A stretch of DNA of 64,000 nucleotides from Clostridia bacterium. GTDB lineage: Bacteria > Bacillota > Clostridia > Oscillospirales > CAG-272. Position 1 is the first letter of the stretch. Every line of letters starts with the position of its first letter. The stretch is taken from positions 27,890 through 91,889 of the forward strand of contig JAQYLJ010000067.1 of NCBI GenBank assembly GCA_028720145.1. Reading direction: 5' to 3'. A program made the position numbers and the translations under genes. Below are positions 1-8,247 of this stretch, piece by piece. The notes beneath the pieces were generated by a model. That model saw only the letters and a list, made by a program, of their open reading frames with translations, ran no database searches and had not been told where the DNA came from.

Positions 1-2
1 TC

Positions 3-1280
3 GCCGCGAACTTCTCCGAGAAGTACCCCGAACTCTCGGTACAACTCCCCGAACTCATCTACAAGATTCAGAAGAAGATTGTCCGCCGCTGGCTGATTGA
101 GGATAAGAAGCGCGTCGACGGCCGCAGGATGGACGAGATTCGTCCGCTCGCCGCAGAGGTCGGCGTTCTGCCTCGCACGCACGGCTCGGGTATGTTCACC
201 CGCGGACAGACGCAGGTGCTCTCGATCGCTACCCTCGGCACCCTCTCGGATGCACAGAAACTGGACGGGCTGGACGACGAGGACTCCAAGCGCTATATGC
301 ACCAGTATAATATGCCCGGCTATTCGACCGGTGAAGCGAAGGCAATCCGTTCTCCCGGCCGTCGGGAAATCGGGCACGGCGCGCTCGCAGAGCGGTCACT
401 GATTCCCGTACTCCCCTCGGTGGAGGAATTTCCCTACGCCATCCGCGTGGTCTCCGAGGTGCTCTCCTCGAACGGTTCGACCTCGCAGGCATCGGTCTGC
501 GGCTCCACTCTCGCCCTGATGGACGCGGGCGTGCCGATTAAGGCACCGGTCGCCGGTATCTCCTGCGGTCTTATCACCGAGGATGACGGCACTTGGACCA
601 CCATGATTGACATTCAGGGGCTCGAGGACTTCTACGGCGACATGGACTTCAAGGTCGCCGGGACGCACAAGGGAATCACCTCCATTCAGATGGACCTGAA
701 GATTGACGGTCTGACTCCCGAAATCATCCGCGCCGCGCTCGAAACCACCCACGCGGGTCGTGACTATATCATCGACGAGGTGATTCTGAAAGCCATTCCC
801 GAGGCACGGAAAGAAGTGTCCGAATACGCGCCCAAGATGATTTCCATGAAGATTGACCCCGATAAGATTCGCGAGGTCATCGGCAGCGGCGGGAAAGTCA
901 TTCAGAAGATCGTTGCAGATACGGGTGCCAAGATCGATATCGACGACGACGGCACGGTCTGCATCGCGGCGGTGGACAAACACGCCATCGAAGCGGCGAA
1001 GAGCATCATCGATGCCATCGTGTTCGAGCCGGTCGTCGGCGAGACCTATGACGGCGTGGTGACCCGCATCGTGAAGAGCAAAGACGACGAGACCAAAGAT
1101 GTCGGCGTGATTGTGGAATACGCACCCGGGAAAGATACCCTCGTGCATATCTCCAAGTTGCAGGACAAGCGTACCGAGCGGTGCGAGGATGTCTGCCGCA
1201 TCGGCGATCATGTCAGAATCAAGTATATGGGGATCGACCGCAAGGGTCGTCAGGACTTCTCCATGAAGGACGCAGACTGA
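3..1280 (+). CDS. pnp: polyribonucleotide nucleotidyltransferase (PNPase), C-terminal part; 5' end lies outside the window
   Basis: Frame 3 is open from the window edge (AANFSEKYPEL...DGRRMDEIRPL). RNase PH-2 motifs are present (GSGMFTRGQTQ, NGSTSQASVCGSTLALMDAGVP, GDMDFKVAGT). KH (IREVIGSGGKVIQKI) and S1 (GETYDGVVTRIV) domains follow, then a hairpin/T-run terminator. Confidence 0.95.
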   Translation, partial: AANFSEKYPELSVQLPELIYKIQKKIVRRWLIEDKKRVDGRRMDEIRPLAAEVGVLPRTHGSGMFTRGQTQVLSIATLGTLSDAQKLDGLDDEDSKRYMHQYNMPGYSTGEAKAIRSPGRREIGHGALAERSLIPVLPSVEEFPYAIRVVSEVLSSNGSTSQASVCGSTLALMDAGVPIKAPVAGISCGLITEDDGTWTTMIDIQGLEDFYGDMDFKVAGTHKGITSIQMDLKIDGLTPEIIRAALETTHAGRDYIIDEVILKAIPEARKEVSEYAPKMISMKIDPDKIREVIGSGGKVIQKIVADTGAKIDIDDDGTVCIAAVDKHAIEAAKSIIDAIVFEPVVGETYDGVVTRIVKSKDDETKDVGVIVEYAPGKDTLVHISKLQDKRTERCEDVCRIGDHVRIKYMGIDRKGRQDFSMKDAD

Positions 1281-1318
1281 TTCCCAAAAGGCAAAAGACC
1301 GAAAAAAGAAAAGAAGTC

Positions 1319-1361
1319 AAAAGGAACCGAGGGGACTCCCTCGGTTTCCTTTTATTTTTTT
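1319..1361 (+). terminator. intrinsic terminator after pnp
   Basis: AAAGGAACCGAGGG-gact-CCCTCGGTTTCCTTT, followed by a T-run. Confidence 0.8.
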
Positions 1362-1403
1362 CGGCGCACTCCATGCGCCGAGCTTTGCCGGAGGGGAATC
1401 CCC

Positions 1404-2246
1404 ATGAGAAAAAATACGCGGGAACTCGTCAATATGCTCGCCGCCGCGGTATTCGTCCTGCTTCTGCTCTTTCTCGCGTGGGGCATCCATGCCTGTCGGA
1501 GCGAGACGGTCGCGCCCACGACCCCTACCCCCGTCGCACCCGCGGGGGAGACCGCCGTCGCGACCGACCCGCGTATCTCCTATGCGCTCCCGCCGCCGCA
1601 GGACGGACCTCTCTTTCTCGTCGCGTCCGACTGCCCGCAGAGCGATACGGAGCTCGCGGCGACCGCCGCCCGTCTCGTCCCCTGTGAGAGCGCGTCGGAC
1701 GAGGACGCGCTGTGGGTCACCCCGGGGGTCTTGATTCGACCCGAAGTGTTACTGCCGCTCGCGCGGCTCGCCCGCGGGTTCCGCACCGCGTTCCCATCGG
1801 GGGCACTCACCGTCACAGGAGGGTTTTGCTCGTCATCGGGTGTTGCCGATTCCACCGGCTTCGCCTTGACGCTCGCCGTGCGGACAGATGAGGGAGATAC
1901 GCCCATGACAGGCGAGACAAGGGAGGGAAAGTGGATGCTCCGACGGGCGGCGGACTACGGCTTCTTCAATTGTGATACCGACAACCCCGGTCGGCTCCTC
2001 TATATCGGGACACCCCATGCGCGTATCATGACCGACCACGGGCTTACGCCCGCCGCATATATCGCGTACATCAAGACCTTTTCGGAGAAGAACCCATTGA
2101 CAGATGCATCGTCCGACGGCACGCGCAAACTCTTTTTCCTCGCGGCGGACGCGGACGGCGCGGTCCTTTGGCTGCTCCCGGGAGTTCGGTTCACCTATAC
2201 CCCGGTCGACGGGGGCTATCTTGTGGTGGTATACGCGCAAAACTAA
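1404..2246 (+). CDS. membrane-anchored VanY/M15-like D,D-carboxypeptidase-fold protein; metal and catalytic motifs appear degenerate
   Basis: GGAGGGG RBS precedes the ATG, and there is an N-terminal TM (LAAAVFVLLLLFLAWGI). The C-terminal region follows the VanY pattern (GKWMLRRAADYGFFN; NPGRLLYIGTPHARIM). The SxHxxGxAxD and EPWH positions read ADSTGFALTL and NPGRLL. Confidence 0.5.
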   Translation: MRKNTRELVNMLAAAVFVLLLLFLAWGIHACRSETVAPTTPTPVAPAGETAVATDPRISYALPPPQDGPLFLVASDCPQSDTELAATAARLVPCESASDEDALWVTPGVLIRPEVLLPLARLARGFRTAFPSGALTVTGGFCSSSGVADSTGFALTLAVRTDEGDTPMTGETREGKWMLRRAADYGFFNCDTDNPGRLLYIGTPHARIMTDHGLTPAAYIAYIKTFSEKNPLTDASSDGTRKLFFLAADADGAVLWLLPGVRFTYTPVDGGYLVVVYAQN

Positions 2247-2480
2247 GTTTGCCCTTTCGGGCAAGTGAAGTTAACTTCGATGTGAAGTTCACTTCGTGAG
2301 TGAAGTTTCGCCGAGCGGCGAAGTGGGGGCAAACTGAACTTCACTGCGCGTGTTTGCGCGCAACTTCACTGTGTACGGCACAACTTCACTTTTGCGGAAG
2401 CAAAAATTTCACGAGCAAAGAAAGAGCAAACATACAAGAATGATTATCCTGTATATTTGCTCTTTCTGTTTTTGCTTCTC
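2247..2480. repeat. composite structured intergenic element, copy 1 (word-and-mini-hairpin array + 12-bp-stem/25-nt-loop hairpin)
   Basis: GTGAAGTT occurs at 2265, 2282 and 2300. AACTTCAC occurs at 2337, 2362 and 2382, with variant AATTTCAC at 2405. Unique perfect mini-hairpins sit between the words (2249-2264, 2307-2322, 2346-2361, 2371-2381, 2391-2404). The main hairpin is AGAAAGAGCAAA(2419-2430)/TTTGCTCTTTCT(2456-2467). Confidence 0.8.
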
Positions 2481-2502
2481 TTTGACTATTTAGAGAAGAG
2501 GA

Positions 2503-4404
2503 TTACTCCGCGAGGAGGTTACAGACCAGATCGGCGACCTCGGAGGGGTTATCGATCGTGAGACCCGAAATCAGGCACGCCTGCGCCCAGAGAATCTTCG
2601 CGACTTCCGCGAGTTTGGTCTGATTCGTCACATAAAGTGCTTTGATCTTTGCGGCGATGCTGTGGTCGCGGTTGATTTCGAGCACGGTCTGCGCCTTGAC
2701 ACTCCCGTCTCCGCCGGGCATTTTGGAGAGAACTTTCTCCATGCCGAGCGAGAGGTTCCCCTCGGTCGAGAGACAGACGGGGTGCGAGCCGAGCCCCGCC
2801 GTGAAGCGGACTTCGTGGACGGCATCTCCGATGCTGTCTTTGACGAATTTCAGAATTTCGGCGTTCTTCTCGTTCTCGTCTTTGAGGGCGGCTTTCTCTT
2901 CCTCGGTCGTCAGTCCGTCGGTGTCGGTGCAGACATTGGCGAACGCTTTGCCGCTATATTCGCGGAGCATTTGCAGAGCGAACTCGTCGACATCGTCGGT
3001 CAGGCACAGCACTTCATAGCCGTGTGCGACCGCCGCCTCGACCTGCGGGAGCAGACAAATCTTGTCGACCGTCTCGCCCGAGGCGAAGTAAATCTTGTCC
3101 TGTCCCTCCGCCATGCGGTCGACATACTCTTTCAGCGTGACATACTTCTTCTCTTTCGTGGAGATGAACAGCAAGAGGTCTTGGAGCGTGTCTTTGTGTG
3201 CGCCGTATTCCTCGTACACGCCGTATTTGAGTTGCAGTCCGAATGTGCGGAAGAACTCTTCATAGGCGTCCCGCTCGCCCTCGAGCATCTTTTTGAGCTC
3301 CGTGGTGATTTTGCGCTCGATGCCGCGCGCGATGGCGCGGAGCTGTCTGTCGTGCTGCAGGGTCTCGCGCGAGATATTGAGGGAGAGGTCGGCACTGTCG
3401 ACCAGCCCTTTGACGAACCCGAAGTAGTCGGGGAGCAGGTCTTTGCATTTCTCCATAATCATCACGCCGCTTGAATAGAGTTCGAGCCCCTTTTCGTAGT
3501 CGCGGCTGTAATAATCGTAGGGCGCGTGTTTCGGGATAAAGAGCAATGCTTCGTAGGTCGCCCCGCCCTCGGACTTCTGACGGATGACTTTCGCGGGAGA
3601 ATCGTAGTCGTAGAACTTCTCCTGATAGAAGGCGGCATATTCCTCGTCCTTGACCTCGCTCTGCGCGCGTTTCCAGATGGGGGTCATGCTGTTGAGGGTT
3701 CTGTCGCTCGTGACCGTTTCGTATTCGTCGGTCGAGCCCTCTTTCAGTTTCTCTTCGGTCACCTCCATCTTGATGGGGTAGCGGATGTAGTCGCTGTACT
3801 TCTTCACGAGTTCGGTGAGCTCATAGGTTTCGAGATACTCGCTGTACTTATCCTCGTCGGTATCGGGTTTGAGATAGAGCGTGATGGTGGTGCCGCGGGT
3901 CTCTTTCTCGGTCGGCTCCACCGTGTAGCCGTCGGTCCCCGTGGATTCCCACCGCCATGCTTCGTCCGCGTTCCACGCGCGGCTCTCCACGACCACTCGC
4001 TCTGCTACCATGAACGCAGAATAGAACCCGACCCCGAACTGTCCGATGATGTCGACGCCGTTCTTCTGCGCGTCCTCGTCTTTGCCCTCGTTCTCTTTGA
4101 AGGCGAGCGAGCCGCTCTTCGCGATGGTGCCGAGGTTGCTTTCCAGTTCGTCTTTCGTCATGCCGCAGCCGTTGTCCGAGATGGTCAGCGTCCGCGCCTC
4201 TTTGTCGGGAGCCAGACGGATAGAGAGGTCTTCCCGCGAGACGGTGAGGGAAGAGTCGGTCAGCGAGTGATAGTGCAGTTTGTCGCACGCGTCGCTCGCG
4301 TTGGAGATGAGCTCTCGGAGGAAGATCTCACGATGCGTATAGATGGAGTTGATCATCATGTCCAGGAGTTTTTTGGATTCGGTTTTGAACTGTTTTTTTG
4401 CCAT
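2503..4404 (-). CDS. htpG: molecular chaperone HtpG (Hsp90 family)
   Basis: 633 aa. The N-terminal GHKL ATPase signature is present (ETFQF-type start FKTESKKLLDMMINSIYTHREIFLRELISNASDACDKL, DNGCGMT, GQFGVGFYSAFMVA). Confidence 0.95.
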   Translation of the reverse strand: MAKKQFKTESKKLLDMMINSIYTHREIFLRELISNASDACDKLHYHSLTDSSLTVSREDLSIRLAPDKEARTLTISDNGCGMTKDELESNLGTIAKSGSLAFKENEGKDEDAQKNGVDIIGQFGVGFYSAFMVAERVVVESRAWNADEAWRWESTGTDGYTVEPTEKETRGTTITLYLKPDTDEDKYSEYLETYELTELVKKYSDYIRYPIKMEVTEEKLKEGSTDEYETVTSDRTLNSMTPIWKRAQSEVKDEEYAAFYQEKFYDYDSPAKVIRQKSEGGATYEALLFIPKHAPYDYYSRDYEKGLELYSSGVMIMEKCKDLLPDYFGFVKGLVDSADLSLNISRETLQHDRQLRAIARGIERKITTELKKMLEGERDAYEEFFRTFGLQLKYGVYEEYGAHKDTLQDLLLFISTKEKKYVTLKEYVDRMAEGQDKIYFASGETVDKICLLPQVEAAVAHGYEVLCLTDDVDEFALQMLREYSGKAFANVCTDTDGLTTEEEKAALKDENEKNAEILKFVKDSIGDAVHEVRFTAGLGSHPVCLSTEGNLSLGMEKVLSKMPGGDGSVKAQTVLEINRDHSIAAKIKALYVTNQTKLAEVAKILWAQACLISGLTIDNPSEVADLVCNLLAE

Positions 4405-4532
4405 AATACAATCCTTTCTCCCAAATGGGATATTTTATACAAGAAAAAGAGTGCGCCGCCGTCAGACTCCGACGAACGGTCGCACATCGTTTAGGGGTGG
4501 TGAGGTCATCGGGGGCGCGGTACCCTTTTCGG

Positions 4533-5621
4533 TCAAGGGGCGATACTCTCCACCCCTGTGAGCTCTCGCACGCGGTCGAGCATCTTCCGATAGCGCTCGT
4601 TTGCGTCCGCGGCTTTCTTTTTGCGGGCGGGCAGGAGAAACCAACGAATGACCCAAAAGAGGGGGAGCAGCGGCGGGAAACACCGCACCGCTTTAAATTC
4701 TCTCCGCATCACGCGGAAAGAGGGGAAAATACGACGGAAAAGACTTGCGTGGGGCGTCTCGCTCCCCGCGAGACCATTTCCGCCTCCGTTCGCGGCAATG
4801 TAACTGCCGAGTAGAATCGTGTCATTGGTCGCCGGCATATCGCCGAACCAGACCTCCGAGAGGTCGAACATACAACGGGCGAAGTTCGAGATGCCGCGCG
4901 CGGCAAACCAGTCGTCGAGCACGGGAATATCCGCTTCGTCGAGCTTCTGTCTGCACATATAGAGGTCGAGCAGGGAACGAATCCCAATCCCCGTGTCCGA
5001 GGAAAAGTTGCGGTGCATGAGCGACATCTGATAGGCGTAGAGAGCAGTCGGAGAGAAAGAATAGGAGATACCGTCCGTCGTGACGAGGGAGTCCCACGGG
5101 GTCTCGCCACCGTTGATCAGGTCCCCGTCGGAGAGAGAATACCGAATTTCGATCTTGACCTGATCAAGCAGATACAGGTCATGCTCCTCCCGGTTCACCC
5201 GACGGAATCCCATGTCTTCGATGAGAGCAGCGACTTCTTCCCGTTTCTCTAAAGCGACAAGAATGTTTAGGTCCTGCGAGGTGCGCCAGTTGGGTTGCGG
5301 GTACTGCGCGCGGAGACAATACCCCTGCAAGGGCATATGGGGAATCTCCCGCTCGGTAAAGAGTCGAAACAGCGCGTCCGCATAGTGGTCGAGGCGAATC
5401 TGTTTCCCGACCGCCTCGAAGTAGGCGGACTCCACCTGTTTGACGATATGCTCGGGGCGATTCGGCATCTCCGAGAGCGCACGGTGGACAAACCCCATGA
5501 GGCGGTGCCCCGCAGCAAGGGGGATTAAGCTGTCCCAATGAATATGTGCGGGGAGGGATTCTTTTCGCAACGCATGGCGTATGACGGCGATGAGTTCCAG
5601 ATATGTCTGTCGTCTTTCCAT
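4533..5621 (-). CDS. uncharacterised nucleotidyltransferase-family protein (NTP_transf_5-like)
   Basis: 362-aa ORF. The pattern LQGYCLRAQYPQPNWRTSQDLNILV resembles the KG..YP.p..R..DiDlLV core of this family. Assigned by eye only. Confidence 0.5.
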   Translation of the reverse strand: MERRQTYLELIAVIRHALRKESLPAHIHWDSLIPLAAGHRLMGFVHRALSEMPNRPEHIVKQVESAYFEAVGKQIRLDHYADALFRLFTEREIPHMPLQGYCLRAQYPQPNWRTSQDLNILVALEKREEVAALIEDMGFRRVNREEHDLYLLDQVKIEIRYSLSDGDLINGGETPWDSLVTTDGISYSFSPTALYAYQMSLMHRNFSSDTGIGIRSLLDLYMCRQKLDEADIPVLDDWFAARGISNFARCMFDLSEVWFGDMPATNDTILLGSYIAANGGGNGLAGSETPHASLFRRIFPSFRVMRREFKAVRCFPPLLPLFWVIRWFLLPARKKKAADANERYRKMLDRVRELTGVESIAP

Positions 5622-5639
5622 TGTGTTCCGCTTTCTGAG

Positions 5640-6512
5640 TTATTTCGCGCCTTTGTGGGTTAGAACCGACCCGATGGTCTTGAAGAAAATTTTGATATCG
5701 AGCCAAAAAGAGCGTTTTTCGACATAGAAGAGCTCCATCTCCTGTCTTTTGCCGTCGCTGTACCCGACATTGTTGCGGGCATATGCCTGCCAGTACCCGG
5801 TCAGACCCGGCTTCACGGATAAAAGGTCTTTCCGCTTCCCATAATATTTCAGAGACTCTTTTTCCATGATGGGGCGGGGACCGATGATGGACAATCGACC
5901 GACGAAAATATCCCATACCTGCGGCAGCTCATCGAGCGAAGTCTTACGCAAAAAGTTGCCGATCTTGGTAATACGCGGGTCGTTGTCGATTTTGAACTCG
6001 GTCTCGTATTGCTTTAACTGCTCGGGGGTGAGCTGACACTGAAATTTGTCCGCGTCCTTTTTCATGGAGCGGAATTTCGAGATCTTGATCTCTTTGCCGC
6101 CCCGCCCGAGACGGGGGTGACGGTAAAAGACCTTCCCGCCGTCGTCGCACTTGATGCAGATGGCGATAATCAGATAGACGGGCCAAATCAGAAGGAGCAG
6201 CAGTCCCGAGAGGAGAATGTCGAAAAAGCGTTTGACAAAATCAAACACCGGCTTTTTGTGATAGGAATACGGGATGGATTCGACTATTTCTTTGAGCGCG
6301 GCGTCCGCTTCTTCCGGGGTCAAAACGGTTGCCGTGGCGGTACCGTCTTCGACGGCTTCGGCAGTCGCGGTTTCCTCGGTTGCGACTTCTTCTGCCGTGG
6401 GTGCTTCATCGGAGACGGTGATGTCGGTCACCGCGGGTTCGGTCTCGGGGGTATCTGCGGGAGACCCTTTCGCGTCGGCGTGCAATTCGGGCGTTTGTAG
6501 ATTTGCCTGCAT
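5640..6512 (-). CDS. undecaprenyl-phosphate sugar phosphotransferase (bacterial sugar transferase, WbaP/EpsL-like) with an acidic T/E/A-rich N-terminal extension
   Basis: The C-terminal signature is KFRSM...DPRITKIGNFLRKTSLDELPQVWDIFVGRLSIIGPRP. One TM helix is present (LLSGLLLLLIWPVYLIIAI). A consensus TTGACA-17-TATAAT promoter lies upstream. Confidence 0.88.
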   Translation of the reverse strand: MQANLQTPELHADAKGSPADTPETEPAVTDITVSDEAPTAEEVATEETATAEAVEDGTATATVLTPEEADAALKEIVESIPYSYHKKPVFDFVKRFFDILLSGLLLLLIWPVYLIIAICIKCDDGGKVFYRHPRLGRGGKEIKISKFRSMKKDADKFQCQLTPEQLKQYETEFKIDNDPRITKIGNFLRKTSLDELPQVWDIFVGRLSIIGPRPIMEKESLKYYGKRKDLLSVKPGLTGYWQAYARNNVGYSDGKRQEMELFYVEKRSFWLDIKIFFKTIGSVLTHKGAK

Positions 6513-6575
6513 AAAGGTTCCTCTTTATTACGGTTTTTCAAAAATCTTCGTTATATAAAACAGTATGACTATATT

Positions 6576-6604
6576 ATTATAGTCTCTCTCTGCGTACTTG
6601 TCAA
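6576..6604 (-). promoter_or_regulatory. sigma-A-type promoter of the sugar-transferase gene
   Basis: The minus strand reads TTGACA-17 nt-TATAAT, a perfect consensus, about 60 nt upstream of the start. Confidence 0.65.
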
Positions 6605-6744
6605 GACGGAGCCGTCTTTTACGGTAGTATGCCCGCTTTTTCGCACCGTCACCAATCAAAAAACGCCGCGGTCGGACTCCTCCTTTTCGGGAAAGGGAGA
6701 GCCGCCACGGCGGCTTCGGGAAAGCGAAAGCGGGAGACCCCGCA

Positions 6745-7389
6745 TTATGTACGGATGAGAATCGCGCGACCTCCCGTGAGGGAGAGCATCTTGACAGCTT
6801 CTGCGGAGAATTCGTCCGCCTCCACCATCAGAGGTTTTCTGAGAACGCCGCGGGCGTGCACCGCGATATGCGTGGTGTTCTGTCCCACAATGCCCTGCTG
6901 TTTCAAAATGGAGAGATTGACGAAAGAATAGGGGGCGAAGAGGTCGGAGAGCGTATCGAGATAGACGGTGACGCGCTCGTTCCCGCTCTTTTTGGGGCGG
7001 TAGACCACCGCGGTCAGGGCGTTCGCCTGTTCGCTCGACATCATGTGATTGACATCTTTCGCATTGACGAAACTGCGGACGCAGACCCCGTCCCGCGTCT
7101 CGTCGACGAAGTCTACGACATCCGACACCGCGGAGGGGACGGGCATGAATAGGGTGGGCGCTTCCGCCTCTCCCGGGATGACCTCGACCTCGGCGTGGAT
7201 TTCCTGCGGCACGGGAGGGTTCGTCTCCTCCTGCAACTGCTTTTCGAGAAGTCTGTCATGCTTTTTCCGAATGATCTTGCCGACGATGAACCAGATGAGA
7301 GCCAAGAGCAACGCCCCGCCGACGATGGGGAGCACGATCTTCGGGTTCCATCCGAATGACGCAAACAGCGCTTTCAGCATATACAGCAC
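6745..7389 (-). CDS. membrane-anchored protein with a ribosomal-protein-uL15-like C-terminal domain
   Basis: N-terminal TM (IVLPIVGGALLLALIWFIVGKII). The C-terminus VNLSILKQQGIVGQNTTHIAVHARGVLRKPLMVEADEFSAEAVKMLSLTGGRAILI follows the uL15 C-terminal pattern (VNL..L...G.I....VKVLG.G.L.K.L.V.A..FS.SA...IE.AGG....). Confidence 0.55.
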   Translation of the reverse strand: MLYMLKALFASFGWNPKIVLPIVGGALLLALIWFIVGKIIRKKHDRLLEKQLQEETNPPVPQEIHAEVEVIPGEAEAPTLFMPVPSAVSDVVDFVDETRDGVCVRSFVNAKDVNHMMSSEQANALTAVVYRPKKSGNERVTVYLDTLSDLFAPYSFVNLSILKQQGIVGQNTTHIAVHARGVLRKPLMVEADEFSAEAVKMLSLTGGRAILIRT

Positions 7390-7440
7390 CTTTCTTGCCC
7401 CTTTGAGAAATCCTCGCGGGGACTGATTTCAGACGGATTC

Positions 7441-7469
7441 ATTCTAGCACAGATTCATCCTGAAATCAA
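7441..7469 (-). promoter_or_regulatory. promoter of the uL15-like membrane protein gene
   Basis: The minus strand reads TTGATT-17-TAGAAT. Confidence 0.55.
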
Positions 7470-7687
7470 GGGGAAATCCCCGCCGCTTTTCGACGGGATT
7501 CTCCCCTCTCGATGCGTTGCTTTTCCCGCCGGATTGCGAAGGAGGAGAGGGAACCAGTGCCAAAACGACTTTTCGGCATATCCACGAAAATCGGAAAAAT
7601 AATATAGGCAAATTGCACAAACTCAACTTTTCACGCAAATCGGCGTACAGGCAAATTGCCGATTTTTTCCCCTGAAATGTAAAATCA

Positions 7688-7716
7688 TTGATTTTAATGC
7701 GCCTTTGTGGTAGACT
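7688..7716 (+). promoter_or_regulatory. promoter of ptsH
   Basis: TTGATT-17-TAGACT with a TGn extension (TGgTAGACT). Confidence 0.55.
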
Positions 7717-7761
7717 GACTATGCAAAAGTGCCAAAGGAATTGCCTGACGAGGAGTTACTT

Positions 7762-8031
7762 ATGACGAGCCGCAGTGTAAAAGTCACCAATACGATCGGA
7801 CTGCACGCCAGTCCCGCCGCTTTTTTTATTCATGAAGCGTGCTCTTTCAAGAGCAGCATTTGGGTGGAAAAGGGAGACAGGAAAGCGAATGCCAAGAGCT
7901 TGATGAGCGTTTTGTCTCTTTGCGCGCGCCAAGGGGAAGAGCTTCTGCTCACCGCTGACGGCGAGGATGAGAAGACGGCGCTCGACGCTTTGGAAGACCT
8001 GCTTCTGCACCGCCTGAACGCCATGGCATAA
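7762..8031 (+). CDS. ptsH: HPr-family phosphocarrier protein
   Basis: His15 context is IGLHASPA and Ser46 context is NAKSLMSVLSL. The ATG at 7762 has a GAGGAG RBS about 7 nt upstream. The GTG at 7729 in the ORF track is probably not the start. Confidence 0.85.
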   Translation: MTSRSVKVTNTIGLHASPAAFFIHEACSFKSSIWVEKGDRKANAKSLMSVLSLCARQGEELLLTADGEDEKTALDALEDLLLHRLNAMA

Positions 8032-8187
8032 CGGTCGCTTCGCCACGCGTAGAGACGGCGGAGACACATTCCCCGATTCGTTTGGAATCGACCTGCCCCC
8101 GAGGGATACCGAAGAAGAAAACTGCTTTTTCGGAACGAACCTCGGGGACTGTTTTTTTGTGTTCGCCTGTTTTTAGCGTCCCCCTGT

Positions 8188-8216
8188 TTGACAGGCGGGC
8201 ATGATGGGTGTAAAAT
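8188..8216 (+). promoter_or_regulatory. promoter of the uvrC-rsmD-coaD operon
   Basis: TTGACA-17-TAAAAT, 32 nt upstream of the proposed uvrC ATG. Confidence 0.6.
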
Positions 8217-8247
8217 AGGGAAGAACAAACGAGAGGAGGGAGACCGA

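Noticed and set aside
2247-2480. Possible CRISPR array, given regularly spaced repeats with unique intervening sequences (also 28888-29060)
   Set aside because: The repeat is only 8 nt and the 'spacers' are 8-17-nt self-complementary hairpins. The word flips orientation mid-array and no cas genes are present. It is not CRISPR.
7607-7662. Direct repeat AGGCAAATTGC (twice) in the ptsH/uL15-like divergent region as a regulator or cre site
   Set aside because: There are only two 11-nt copies and no match to the CcpA cre consensus. It could be chance in an AT-rich spacer, so the support is insufficient.
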